A stretch of 64,000 nt of DNA from Squalus acanthias. Its lineage: Eukaryota. Within the stretch, counting starts at the first letter, position 1. Each line of letters opens with the position of its first letter. The stretch spans positions 108,502,001 through 108,566,000 of the forward strand of contig CM059432.1 of NCBI GenBank assembly GCA_030390025.1, in the 5' to 3' direction. Positions 49,399 to 63,138 of the stretch are shown in pieces. The position numbers and the translations under genes are program-made. The notes below the pieces were generated by a model that saw only the letters and a program-made list of their open reading frames with translations, was not told the DNA's origin and searched no databases.

Positions 49399-51179
49399 TA
49401 TATATAACCTCACAAGGTGTGTGCAAACTCTATGTGAGTCAGGGCAAAGCCAGCAGTTCAATACAGAATGAAAATAACCCAAACTCACAAGAATAAGAGG
49501 GTTAATGCATTCTGTTATGTTTCAATTCTGATTCAGTGAAGATTTTAAATCGGGATGATCTAAAGACATCTAAAACGTGCAGTAATAGCGCATCACAAAA
49601 ATGGCGGCAATGGCACAAATGAAAACATTTTAGAGGTAAATGTGTGATTTGACAATTTATTTTCCTTTAATTTATTGTCCCCCTTCAGTGTTGGCCTGAA
49701 GAGAGAATAGGAATGGCTTTATACAGCTCCAGCTGATTCTTCTGACACTACCTCCAACAAAGTTGCTGATTTCTGCAGATATCATCTGCGCTGCCAGCAA
49801 CTAGCACATTTGGAGCTGGCCAGCAAGCAAAGCATATCTATGGTAACTTGGGTTTTTAATACAGAATTTGATTCTTCTCTTTGATTGCTCAGCTTCAGTC
49901 CTGAGGTAATTTCGAGTGCCCTTCACCCTGGCCATCTTTATTATTTATAACACATATTCTTTGAGCACTGACCAGCACTAATACATGACCCTGTGTCCTT
50001 TTAGCTGAACTGTTTTCTTTTGAAAACTAAAAAGAAAATTACATGGCGACACAATCATGAGATTTCCAGGAATGTTATTACTCTTGTTTTATGTGGAGAT
50101 GTGCTGGGAGATCTGATGCTGTACTATATTCCTGAATTCTTTGGAGGAAAGAAACACATTTGTTGCAGCTTTCAGTTGTGTGTTTGAAGTGGGAAGGCTA
50201 TTCAGTGTACAATAACCGTATCCTGTGATGTGTACGCCAGAAACATTTCATTGCACCTTCGCCCCGCATGCATTTTTGTTCATTTTTTTATCTCTTAAAA
50301 GTGGGAATAGGCGGAAAATCAAATAATTTCTTGCCCTGTGCATGCAAAGAAGTGGAGCATGAAACAACATCAATAGCAAATCCCCTGGGGACAGGGCAAA
50401 GTATCCACAGCACGACCCAGGGGTCTGGCCTTCATGAATGGTCCGTGTCAGCTCTGATGGCTAATGACTGAAACTGGATACTTCGCCATCAGCTGCTTTT
50501 AATTTTACTACATTGTACAAATCGTACTGATGCAATTCAAAGTGACAGCTACAATTTCAACTTTCCTCATCAACAGCTTGTGAGCCGAATAGGATGCCTG
50601 TTCTGAGTGTGTATGTCAGTGGGGTGATGGTAGAGATGTATTGACATTTTTCTTATTCTTCTTTTGGAAATATTAAGTGAGCTCCTTATATTTAATCTGT
50701 TGATAGCAAAGGAGCAATTCTCGCTTTTAAAACAAGGCATGTTTCCCCTCAGCCTAACTGCACATTGTTCATGCATTAAAACTGCATGGAAACTGAGGAA
50801 GTCAACAGTTACCTTCCTGTGGATCACTTGGCTATTACAGAGCAGCCTTTATCAGTTCTGTGCAAGGAATGTTTAGATGACGCTGATTGATTTGCATTTT
50901 TTTAAGTTAATCTGCACACACAATTTGGCCTTTTCTGTAAATCCAGTACAAAAATTATACATATTACTTAAAACTTTGAGATCTTTTCTGGAATATGTTG
51001 AGTTATTTTATACCTAACCTCTGATACACAAGAGCAGTAATGATCAGAGACTATGAGGGCTTGGCAGTAATGTGAACTGTGCTCTGTCAGTCCATGCATT
51101 TTCCAATGTACCTTTCCTGCTTGTTTAAAAAAATACACAGCTAAAAACCTCAAATGATAGAAGGTTAAGGTTAAGAATA

Positions 51180-51560
51180 GCAGAAAAGGCTAAGGAGAGA
51201 TTTACTTGAGGTGTTCAAAATTATGAATGGTTTTGATAGAGTAGATAGGGAGAAACTGTTTCCACTGGTCGGAAGGTCTGCTACCAGAAGACACAGATTT
51301 AAGATAATTGGCAAAAGAACAAGAGAGGAGATGAGGAGAATTTTTTTTAATGCAGCGAGTTGTTATGATCTGGAATGCTTTGCCTGAAAGGGTGGTTGAA
51401 GCAGATTTCAAAAGGGAATTGGATATATACTTGAAAAGGAATAATTTACAGGACTATGGGGAAAGAGCAGGGGAGTGGGACTAATTGTAGAGCTCTTTCA
51501 AAGAGCTGGCTCAGGCTCGATGGGTCAAATGGCCTCCCTCTGTGCTGTAAGATTCTATGA
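51180..51560 (+). mobile_element. CR1 3' fragment
   Basis: RRLRGDL-like coding plus CR1 3' UTR ending GATTCTATGA. Confidence 0.85.
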
Positions 51561-53306
51561 TAACCATGCTCTTGGAAATTTCTGTACCGATATTTATAGT
51601 TGAAAAAATCTTTGTTCCAAAAACTACAAGTTAAAGTCATAAACTTCTCATTTAGTTGGGAGTTCATATACTGTTGGTTACTGGCACCTGCTGCCTTTGT
51701 CAGCTGCATGTGGGATGGCCTTTTGCTTTATTTGGTTGCAGGTGAATGTAGGGAATGCATAACTTTCACACTCCAGGAAGCATGACATTCCTTGTTACCA
51801 GTCAGAGTAAAGGCTAATTGAGAAATATGTATGAAAACTGTAATGAGTAGCATTTACATGCATTGATTAGATGCAGGGCCACTGGCTCTCATTTATCACC
51901 CGCAGCAGCTGTGAAATTTTCTCCACATCAATCGGCTCAGCTCATATTCCTGCTCCTCCAGTTATTTATTGCTTTTTTTTTCTGAAACCAGAATTCTGAC
52001 CCACCAGCTGGAATGGGTTGGTAATTACTGCCACTGCTCCACCAGCTGCCAAATCGCTGGAGTGAAAAATTCCATCCTGCGTTTCCCAATTTTTACATTA
52101 GAACTGCATAATCATATTTGACGAATAATTAACCTGGGTTAATACTTCAGGGAGCCGTTTGCCAGTAAATTGATAAGCTGCACACACTAACCGCTCACAA
52201 GGGTGTTAGGCTCTAGGGCCATTTCAAATGATTGCCAAATGCAACATAGAACCGTTTTGTTTTGCACACTTGTGTAAATTATTGCTGCTAATCTGACTGC
52301 TGGTTACACAGTTTAGTGAATCTCACTTTACAGACGAGTGGCATGTTTGCAGTGCTACATTTGTGTTTTAGTTTCAGTGGCTGATACTCTGACTTAGCTT
52401 GCATATTTCACAAAGTATAGATTTACTATTTGCAGTTTCAGCTAATATTTTTAATTAAACACTTCTATATAATGTTCAAACTGGTTGTTCATTACAATAT
52501 TTGATTTGTGAATAATGGTTTTCATTCATCCCATAGGTGCCATTTTCCCGAATAACATTGTCTATTGTGTGAATTCCTACAGATCGTCATTGTATTTTGT
52601 AATCCATTGGATCGCAGGATTAGATCAGCCCCTCACTAACCAAAAGAGAAACATCATCAATTATTTTGGAAAAGCGATTTGTAACGGGACCTGGTAACAG
52701 CCTGTGATGTTGATAGTTTGCACCGAGTCACACACTTTATGGCCTACATCTCCAAAGTACAGAACTGGGTAAAATATTGATTAATACAGTTGTTGCAGTT
52801 TGCACCATAAAGCTTCATAAACATGTGCTGTCCTAAGAATTATTTTCCATAAAAGTTTGAATCGGTAATTAGCTGTTTAGCTTAAAGGTGGAAGGTACAG
52901 TGAAATAACTGTAACAAGATGTCTTCATTCATATGTTTTAAGGCATTTAACAAGAGTTAACCAGTGAAATGCAGTGTCTCATTTACAGTGCAGCCCAGGG
53001 GACATGGAATACTGAGATGGTTTCTTTTGAGAATATTGGCTACATCATTTGGGGTCAGACTTTTCTTTGCTGTTGGCGTTGTGAGATTTTATTTTGTACA
53101 TTGACAGAATCAGACAGGATCTCTATGTTAGCAGTAGCACCAAAGACAGTTTTGTACCTCTCCCCCTCAATTTCTGGACTGAAGTGTTGGCATCAGGAAT
53201 GAGTTTAGGTTCCACAGGGATGGTCCTAAACCTACTGATTTCTGATCCAGGGGGAGATTTAAAAAAAAATGTATGTGCATTATATCTGCCCTTTATATCC
53301 TCAGAT

Positions 53307-53770
53307 GTCAGCTGTGGCTCAGTGGGTAGCACACTCGCCTCTGAGTCCAAAGGTTGTGGGTTCATAGTCCCACTCCAGGGACTTGAGCACATAAAGCTAG
53401 GCTGACACTCCAGTGCAGTGCTGAGGGAGTGCTGCACTGTCGGAGGTGCCGTCTTTTAGATGAGACGTTAAACCGAGGCCCCGTCTGCTCTCAGGTGGAC
53501 GTAAAAGATCCCATGGCACTATTTCGAAAAAGAGCAGGGGAGTTATCCCCGGTGTCCTGGTCAATATTTATCCCTCAATCAACATAACAAAAACAGATTA
53601 TCTGGTCATTATCACATTGCTGTTTGTGGGAGCTTGCTGTGCGCAAATTGGCTGCCGCGTTTCCCACATTACAACAGTGACTCCACTTCAAAAGTACTTC
53701 ATTGGCTGTAAAGCGCTATGAGACGTCCGGTGGTCGTGAAAGGCGCTATAGAAATGTAAGTCTTTCTTTC
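53307..53770 (+). mobile_element. Full-length tRNA-derived Deu-domain SINE (SacSINE1-like)
   Basis: A box TGGCTCAGTGG, B-box-like GGTTCATAGTCC, Deu-like body, L2-like tail AAAGGCGCTATAGAAATG followed by TCTT repeats. Confidence 0.85.
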
Positions 53771-55732
53771 AGGATATCCCAAAGTACTTCACAAAAAGTG
53801 AATTTCTTTTGAAGTGCAGTCACTGTTCTGCAGGTTGATTGGTGCCAGTTGATGCCAAACTGATCTAGAAATCTGCAGCTGTCGTCGATGTTCAAACATT
53901 GTAGAACTGAATTGGTGAATTCCTGTCCGAAGCACTCAGTGGAAACTACACTGATTCAATTGGGCTTTTTCACCCTGACCCGTGCCTCTGGGGAATGTTC
54001 GCTTGCCTTGCTACAAAGATCAGGAAAAAAAGGGCTGAGATCAATTTAGCCATGTTTCATCCCCTTTTCATGTTACTCCAGGTTTTCCGTGGGGGGACGG
54101 TGCGGGGTGGGTAGAGCCGGGGCTGCATGGTACAGGTCCATCACAGCCATGCTAATGTCTCCCATGTCATTTTCTGGAATGAACACTTGCTGGACATCCA
54201 GTTCCGAAGCACCCAGGGAAACATGGAACTACAGCTGAATTGGCGAGCACCCCCAGGGGCAGGTCGCAGACTTGGGATGGTAAATTTTGGTAAATTTTTT
54301 CCCCTTAAGTTTTAACCTCCTCCCAGAGTGTTTAGATGTAATCAGAACCTCCTGGCTGCTGATCCCAGTCATATAGAAGGGTCCGATCTCTGAGATCCCT
54401 TCTGCTGGTGCTCGGACCTATCGGGGGGATGGACCTGCACTGGTAGTGCCCTAGATTATATTAACGGCCTAGGATAGAAAATCCCAGTGCTTCTGGACCC
54501 GGACAGGCACCCTTTGGGTATGCTGGCCCCTTAGAGCATGGGGGCAGGGGGACGGAAGGAACTTGACTTATTGCAATGAGATTTGACCGTCTTTGTATAC
54601 ATGGATGTTGCTGCAGTTTTCCTGGAGTTGGTAAAAGTATTTGACAGTGTTCATCGTACAACTTTATGTAATAAGTGGTTCGTTTTAACAGGAATTCAGT
54701 TTTGTCCTACTGATAAACCAGTAGGAATTCTGTTAAGTAACCATTGCTATTACCATAGGGTTTTGTGCTTGGTTGACTACTGCTCTATATTGATGACCTT
54801 CCTGAATCTAGTCCAGAATTTAGATGTATGCAGATGGTGTTGTTAAACATTTTTCCTATTGTGGGCTTTTATTGCAAGGTGTGATGCAACTTCAGGACCA
54901 ATGACTGAGGCATAAGCAATTAGTGGACAGCCGGAAAACAAGTTTTGATTTGTTCTCCACTGACCTAATGTCTGTATTAATAGAATTTAGCTGGAATCTG
55001 TTCCCAGTACTAAACATTTGACAATTCACCTGGATGATAATCTAACTTTACATATCTCATCAGAGTGCAGTATAAAAACCAATATGAAAGCAGTTTCATT
55101 TTAGATGGCTGATTTTGAGGGAAATCAGGGTTATTTTATTTTTTTCATGTTCATATTCCACCACCCCCCTCCCCCCCCCCACAGTTTACTTACGAAGAGA
55201 CATCATAAACAGATAGTGAATCCACCCACACAGCTTGCTACAGAGCTTTATGGATTCTTTTTCAACTTGCTCCCTGGGCTCATTGTTACAATCTTGAATA
55301 GGGGTGTGAAGTCCCACCATTTCTGATATGATAAATGATCATAAGATTTCAATATTTGAATCGCATTACACATAATTATCAGTCTAAAGGGACACAAAGA
55401 AACGGAGATTCAGAGACCGCTGTTAGCCAGAGCAGGGTCATAACTCATTCCCTTAAAAGAGTACAATAGTGAGCTATATTCGCCCATCAGCAGTAGCCAG
55501 TTATACTATTGGTACTAGTGGTGCAATGGCTGTTAACCCCCAAAGGTACTGCTAGGATACTAGCAAGTTTCAAGCCTTCTCTCGCTAGCCTTGCTGAGGC
55601 TTGTAGTAGAGGGCAGGTTGGAGTGACTCAAGACCAACCACATGATTTTAAATAAATATGATATTATTTCCCCAGAGTAACAGTGTGGCTTACAATGAAG
55701 ATAATAATGAAGAATGCTGTGGGATGTTATCT

Positions 55733-57250
55733 AGAACATAAGAACATAAGAAATAGGAGCAGGAGTAGGCCATTCGGCCCTTCGAGCCTGCTCGGCCATT
55801 CAAAGATCATGGCTGATCTTCTGCCTCAACTCCATTCACTGGCCCTATCGCCATATCCCTTGATGCCTTTACTAGTCAGAAATCTATCGACTTCTGTTTT
55901 GAATATACCCAATGACTGAGCCTCCACAGCCCTCTGGGGTAGAGAATTCCAAAGATTCACCACCCTCTGTGTGAAGAAATTTCTTCTCATCTCAGTCCTG
56001 AATGGCCTACCCTTTATCCTGAGGCTGTGGCCCCTGGTTCTAGACTCCCCAGCCAAGGGAAACATTCTCCCAGCATCCACCCTATCAAGCCCTGTAATAA
56101 TTCTGTATGCTTCAATGAGATCCCCTCTCATTCTTCTGAATTCAAGAGAATACAGACCTAGTTTACTCAATCTCTTCTCATACGACAGTCCCGCCATCCC
56201 AGGAATCAATCTCGTGAACCTTCGTTGCACTCCCTCTATGGCAAGTATACCCTCCCTTAGGAAAGGAGACCAAAATTGTACACAGTACTCCAGGTGTGGT
56301 CTCACCAAGGCCCTATATAATTGGAGTAAGACTTCTTTACTCCTGTACTCAAATCCTCTTGTAATGAAGGTCAGCATACCATTTGCCTTCCTAATGGCTT
56401 GCTGCACCTGCGCATTCACTTTCAGTGACTCATGTACAAGGACACCCAGGTCCCTTTGAGCATCTGCATTCCCCAATCTTTCACCATTTAGGAAATATTC
56501 TGCCTTTCTGTTTTTTCTACCAAAGTGGATAACTTCACATTTATCCACATTATATTCCATCTGCCATGTTCTCGCCCACTCACTGAGCCTGTCGAGATCC
56601 CCTTGAAGCCTCTTCACATCCTCTTCACAACTGACACTTCCACCTAGCTTTGTACCATCAGCAAATTTGGAAATGTTACATTTAGTCCCCTCATCCAAAT
56701 CATTGATATAGATTGTGAATAGCTGGGGCCCAAGCACCAATCCTTGCGGTACCCCACTAGTCACAGCCTGCCATCCTGAAAAAGACCCGTTTATCCCTAC
56801 TCTTTGTTTTCTGTCTGTTAACCAATTCTCAATCCATGCTAGTATATTACCTCCAATTCCATGTGCCCTAATTTTGTTCACCAACCTCTTGTGTGGGACC
56901 TTATCGAAGGTCTTCTGAAAATCCAGATACACCACATCTACCGGTTCCCCTTTGTCTACTCCACTAGTTACATCCTCAAAGAACTCCAATAGGTTTGTCA
57001 AACAGGATTTCCCTTTCATAAATCCATGTTGACTCTGCCCAATCTTACTATTAGTTTCTAAGTGCCCAGTTATTGCATCCTTTATAATAGATTCCAGCAT
57101 TTTCCCAACTACTGATGTGAGGCTAACAGGTCTGTAGTTCCCCGTTTTCTCTCTCCCTCCTTTCTTAAATAGTGGGGTTACATTTGCTATCCTCCAATCT
57201 GCAGGAACGTTCCAGAATCTATAGAATTTTGGAAGATGACAACCAATGCG
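55733..57250 (-). mobile_element. Young 5'-truncated CR1 LINE with open RT frame
   Basis: 424-aa ORF 55826-57100 with all RT motifs (FADD changed to FADG) and (TTCTTATG)n tail. Confidence 0.95.
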
Positions 57251-57710
57251 TCCACTATCCCAATCTAATCTTTGTATTTTGGGTACTGTACAAATGAGAC
57301 CTGCCCTTTGCAGAAGATTCCAGTTGTGTGCCTCAGTGACATTCTATTTAACAATGTGTAGCACTCTGACCTGCAATATGACTTCCACACTGTATAGAAT
57401 CCAGTATAGCATTCACAATTACTGTATACCATTCACACTCTAACAGACTATTGCACTCTCATTGCAAAACACTCCGACTTGGTGTTTGATGCTTTATAAT
57501 ACTTGCACAGTGTAGCACATTAATTGCTTGGTGCTGTGTGACACTCACCCTTGCTGGTTAACACTTTGCAATACTCACACTCATTGTGTAATGCTAACAG
57601 TACATGATGCTACATAACCACCACACTGTGTAATGATTACTGCTTAACACTAATGCTTGCAGTTGCTTCTCCAGCCAAGTGACTAAGTCTGTATGCCGAC
57701 TGCATGTGAG

Positions 57711-57768
57711 GAAACTATACTGCCGTATTGCGGCAACATGAAACTATACTGCCGTATTGCTGCGACAT
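57711..57768. repeat. Two-copy 29-bp tandem duplication
   Basis: GAAACTATACTGCCGTATTGC(G/T)GC(A/G)ACAT x2. Confidence 0.8.
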
Positions 57769-57971
57769 CTTTCCACGTTGCAGCAGTGCACCAGTATGAA
57801 CCAGGCACTGTGCGATGCACTGAGTTACCAAGGAATGACTCTCCCTCCAACATATTCCGCCGCTCATTAACTGTTGTGGAAAAATTGTGTCCAATTCTGG
57901 GCACCGCACTTTAGGAAGGATGTGAAGGCCTTAGAGAGGGTGCAGAAAAGATTTACAAGAATAGAGTCATA

Positions 57972-58868
57972 GGGGGAAAAATTCAGTTGGTTGCGCCTCC
58001 CGTTAGCGCCTTAAGAGGGCGCTAATGGGGCGCAAAGCAACTAGTGCCCGGGCGCGGTGATGTTTGCGCCGCTCGCGAAATTAACTGGACATTTTGCGGC
58101 GGCGCTAAGCACTACTGCCACGATCTCCTGCGCAGGCAGATCGTGACGTCAATCGAGTGCGCAACGCCCCGGTAGCACCCTGGAGCGGATATTGAGTGGC
58201 GCCCCCTGTCTTACTGCCTGCCGCTAGCAACGACAGGTTGAGGGGAGCGTTTTGCAGTCAGGAAGGGACTGGGGGAGCGCTATTTAAAGGCGACCGCTTC
58301 CTGCCTTTTATTGTTGGACATTTTTGAACCACGCATTCTGAGAGAGAGCGAGAGAGACAGATCTCTGGAGTGATTCAACGCTGTGTGAAGGAGTTTTGGG
58401 TACTGAGCAGCACTTTGCAGGTTCATTTTGATTTGCCCTTCCTTGTATCGATTTAGAAGAGACTTTGGGGGCTGCACTCTGAGCTCTTTCCCTGGTTCTC
58501 TCCATTGTTCTTTCCAGCAGTTTTGATGTACAGGTCTCTCCAGGCCGAGATTCAAGGCTGCAATGAGCAGGATGTGGATGGAAAGCAAGATCAAGCCTCC
58601 CCTTTAAGAACCGGCCGGCGCCATTGTGTGTGTGTGTTCCATTGCTGACTGACATCACATGAGCTTCGCCAGCGCTCTGAGGTAGCGCCTCGCTCCTCGG
58701 CCTTTGCGCCTTAAGACAGCTGTGCAGTGCCTGATTTAGCGCTCCAATCACCTCCAGGGGCGATAAAAGTCAAGTTTGCAGTCGGAGGCGATAATTAGCA
58801 CCAGGCGCTAATCTTTGGGGCGCAATTATCAGCCGGGCGCAAACGGGGCGATACTGAATTTTTCCCCC
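57972..58868. mobile_element. Harbinger-type MITE (family 2), copy 3
   Basis: TIRs GGGGGAAAAATTCAGT / ACTGAATTTTTCCCCC, TSD ATA; inserted in the 3' tail repeat of the CR1. Confidence 0.92.
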
Positions 58869-58964
58869 ATAGAGTTATACAGCACAGAAAGAGGCCCTTC
58901 GGCCCATCGTGTCCACGCCGGCCATCAAGCCCTGTCTATTCTAATCCCATTTTCCAGCACTTGG

Positions 58965-61745
58965 TCCGTAGCCTTGTATGCTATGGCATTTCAAGTGCTC
59001 ATCTAAATGCTTGAATGTTGTGAGGGTTCCTGCCTCTACCACCCTTTCAGGCAGTGAGTTCCAGATTCCAACCACCCTCTGGGTGAAAAAGTTTTTCCTC
59101 AAATCCCCTCTAAACCTCCTGCCCCTTACCTTGAAACTATGCCCCCTTGTTATTTACCCCTCTACTAAGGGGAAAAGTTCCTTTCTATCTACCCTATCTA
59201 TGCCCCTCATAATTTTGTACACCTCAATCAGGTCCCCCCTCAGCCTTCTCTGTTCTAAGGAAAACAACTCCAGCCTGTCCAGTCTCTCTTCACAGCTGAA
59301 GCGCTGCAGCCCAGGTAACATCCTGGTGAATCTCCTCTTTACCCTCTCCAATGCAATCACATCCTTCCTATGGTGTGGCGACCAGAACTGCACACAGTAT
59401 TCCAGCTGTGGCCTAACTAGTGTTTTGTACAGCTCCATCATATATTCCTGCTCTTATATTCTATGCCTTGGCTAATGAAGGCAAGTATCCCATATGCCCT
59501 TTGAACCACCTTATCTACCTGTCCTGCTGCCTTCAGGGATCTATGTACATGCACACCAAGGTCGCTCTGATCTTCTGTCCTTCCTAGGGTCCTACCATTC
59601 TTTGTGTATTCCCTTGCCTTGTTAGTCCTCCCAAAATGCATCACCTCACACTTTTCAGGGTTAAATTCCATTTGCCACTGTTCTGCCGATCTGACCAACC
59701 CATCTATATCGTCCTGTAGCCTGAGGCTTCCCTCCTCGCTATTTACCACCCCACCAATTTTCGTGTCATCTGCGAACTTACTGATCATACTATCATTCAT
59801 ATCTAAATCATTAATGTACACTACAAACAGCAAAGGACCCAGCACCGATCCCTGCGGTACACCACTGGACACAGGCTTCCAGTCACAAAAACAACCTTCG
59901 ACCATCACCCTCTGCCTCCTGCCACTAAGCCAATTTTGGATCCAATGTGCCAAGTTGCCCTGGATCCCATGGGCTCTTACCTTCTTGACCAGTCTCCCAT
60001 GCGGGACTTTGTCAAAAGCCTTACTGAAGTCTATGTAGACTACATCAACTGCACTACCCTCATCCACACACCAAGTCACCCCCTCGAAAAATTCAATCAA
60101 ATTGGTCAGACATGATCTCCCCCTGACAAAGCCAAGCTGACTATCCTTGATTAATCCTTGCCTCTCCAAGTGGAGACTAATTCTGTCCCTCAGAATTTTT
60201 TCCAATAATTTCCCTACCACTGATGTTAGGCTCACTGGCCTGTAATTCCCTGGTTTATCCCGACTACCCTTCTTGAATAATGGTACTACGTTAGCTGTTC
60301 TCCAGTCCTCTGGCACCTCCCCTGTGGCCAGAGATGTTGTGAAAATTTGTGTCAGAGCCCCTGCAATCTCCTCCCTTGCCTCACACAGCAGCCTGGGATA
60401 CATCTCGTCTGGGCCTGGGGATTTATCCACTTTTAAGCCCACTAAAACCGCTAGTACCTCTTCCCTCTCAATACTAATTCGTTCAAGTGTATCACAATCC
60501 CCCTATCTGATTTCTATGCCTACATCGTCCTACTCCATGGTGAACACAGATGCAAAATATTCATTTAAAACCCCACCTACATCTTCTGGCTCTACACACA
60601 GATTGCCACTTTGGTCCCTAATGGGCCCTACTCTTTCCCTGGTTATCCTCTTGCCCTTAATATACTTATAAAACACCTTGGGATTTTCCTTTATTTTGCC
60701 CGTCAGTGTTATTTCATGCCCCCTCTTCGCTCTCCTAATTTCTTTTTTAAGTACCCCCCTGCACTTTCTATACTCCTCTAGGGCTTCCACTGTTTTTAGT
60801 CCTTTGTATCTGCCAAAAGCCTCACTTTTTTTCCTAATCCATTCTCGTATATCCCTTGACATCCAGGGTTCCCTGGGCTTGTTGGTCCCACCCTTGACCT
60901 TTACGGGAACATGTTGCCGTTGTACTCTATTTCCTTTCTGAAAGACTCCCACTGCTCTGATGTGGATTTTCCTACAAGTAGCTGATCCCAGTCCACTTTG
61001 GCCAGATCCTGCCTTATCATATTAAAATCGTCCTTCGCCCAATTTAGAACCTTTATTTCCGGTCCATCTTTGTCCTTTTCCATGACTACCTTAAATCTCA
61101 CCGAATTATGGTCACTGTCACCAAAATGCTCTCCTACTAACACTTCTACCACTTGCCCGGCTACATTCCCTAGAATTAGGTCCAGTACCGCCCCCTCTCG
61201 TAGTACTTTCTACATGCTAGCTGAAAAAGCTCTCCTGGATGCACTTTAAGAATTCTGCACCCTCTGAGCCTTTCACACTCTGACTATCCCAGTTAATATT
61301 GGGGTAGTTGAAATCCCCTACTATTATTACCCTATTATTTCTACACTTCTGAGATTTGCCTACATATCTGTTCCTCTATCTCCCCCTGACTGTTTGGGGG
61401 CCTATAGTACACTCCCAGCAAAGTGCTTGCCCCCTTTTTGTTTTTGAGTTCTACCCATATGGCCTCATTAGAGGAACCTGCTAAGATATCATCCCTCCTT
61501 ACAGCAGTAATTGACGCCTTGATTAATATTGCGACACCCCCTCCTCTTTTACACCCACCTCTGTCTCGCCTGAAGATTCTATACCCCGGAATATTGAGCT
61601 GCCAGTCCTGCCCCTCCCTCAACCATGTCTCTGTGACAGCAACAATATCATACTCCCATGTGTTCATCAACACCTTCAATTCATCTGCCTTACTCGCAAG
61701 ACTCCTTGCATTAAAATAAATGCCATCCAGCCTTACCATACTCCC
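58965..61745 (-). pseudogene. CR1 ORF2 (AP endonuclease + reverse transcriptase), frameshifted
   Basis: [44 protein letters not shown] across several frames. Confidence 0.92.
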
Positions 61746-61858
61746 TTGTGCCGTTACATATTTGGTCTGCCTTCCAGGCTGAGTTGTTTTTTCCTCTATA
61801 TTTGGCTGTGCATCACACCCTACTATAGCTCCACTCCGTATCCCATCCCCCTGCCAAG

Positions 61859-62809
61859 TTAGTTTAAACCCCCCCCAAAAGTACCAGCAAACCTCCCCGC
61901 AAGGATGCTGGTCCCGTTCCGGTTCAGGTGCAACCCGTCCGACTTGTACAGGTCCCACCTTCCCCAGAAGCAGACCCAGTGATCCAGGAAACTAAAGCCC
62001 TCCCTCCTGCACCAACTCTTTAGCCACGCATTCATCTGCTCTATCCTCCTATTCCTATACTCACTAGCACGTGGCACCGGGAGTAATCCAGAGATTACAA
62101 CCTTTGAGGTCCTGCTTTTTAATCTGTTACCCAGCTCCCTAAATTCTTGTTGCAGGACCTCATCCCTCTTTCTACCCATGTCGTTGGTACCAATATGAAC
62201 CACGACCTCTGACTGTTCGCCCTCCCCCTTCAGAATGCCCTGCAGCCATTCAGTGACATCCTTGACCCTGGCACCAGGGAGGCAGCATACCATCCTGGAG
62301 TCACGTCTGCGGCCACAGAAACGTCTATCTGTTCCCCTTACGATAGAATCCCCTATCACTATTGCTCTCCCACTCTTTTTCCTCCCCTCCTGTGCAGCTG
62401 AGCCACTCGTAGTGCCACGGACTTAGCTCTTGCTGCATTCCCCTGAGAAACCATCTCCCCCATCAGTATCCAAAACGGAAAATCTGTCGGAGAGGGAGAT
62501 GGACCCAGGGGACTTCTGCACTACCTTCCTCGTTCTTTTACTCTGCCTGGTGGTCACCCATTCCCTGTCTGCCTGTGCACTATTTACTTGCGGTGTGACC
62601 ACCTTGTTAAATATGCTATCCACGAAGATCTGAGCTTCGCGGATGCTCCACAGTGACTCCAGCCGCAGCTCCAGCTCCAAAACATTGATTTCGAGTAGCT
62701 GCAGCTGGAGACACTTCCTGCACATATGTTCGCCCTGGACACCTAAAGTATCCCTGACTTCCAACATAGCACAGGAGGAGCCCTCCACACTGCTGAGCTG
62801 TCCTGCCAT
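61859..62809 (-). pseudogene. CR1 ORF1 (zinc finger/leucine zipper + SGNH esterase), one in-frame stop
   Basis: CRKCLQLQLLE...LELRLESL, then IGDSIVR, HIGTND and DGLHLN in the same frame, with a stop at 62423. Confidence 0.88.
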
Positions 62810-63037
62810 GTCCTACCCTTAATTTACTCCTTTTAAATTAAAGAATATTAAATACACTAGGGACCTTACTTCCCTTTAAACACTACTTACTCTAAACTAG
62901 AGATCTTACTTTTACTTTAATGACTGGAATGCAGAAAGACTGTAGAAATACTTACCGCTGGTTCTCTGTCCCCTCTTGTGCAGCTTTTTAGCTCCTGCTC
63001 TCCTGGAAGCTGACAAAGATGGAAAAAGAAAGGAACA

Positions 63038-63138
63038 ACTCACTCACTCACTCACTCACTCACTCACTCACTCACTCACTCACTCACTCACTCACTCACT
63101 CACTCACTCACTCACTCACTCACTCACTCACTCACTCA
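63038..63138. repeat. (ACTC)n microsatellite in the CR1 5' UTR
   Basis: About 25 perfect tetranucleotide units. Confidence 0.97.

Noticed and set aside
53307..53390. tRNA gene
   Set aside because: The A/B boxes are the head of a SINE and no complete cloverleaf is evident.
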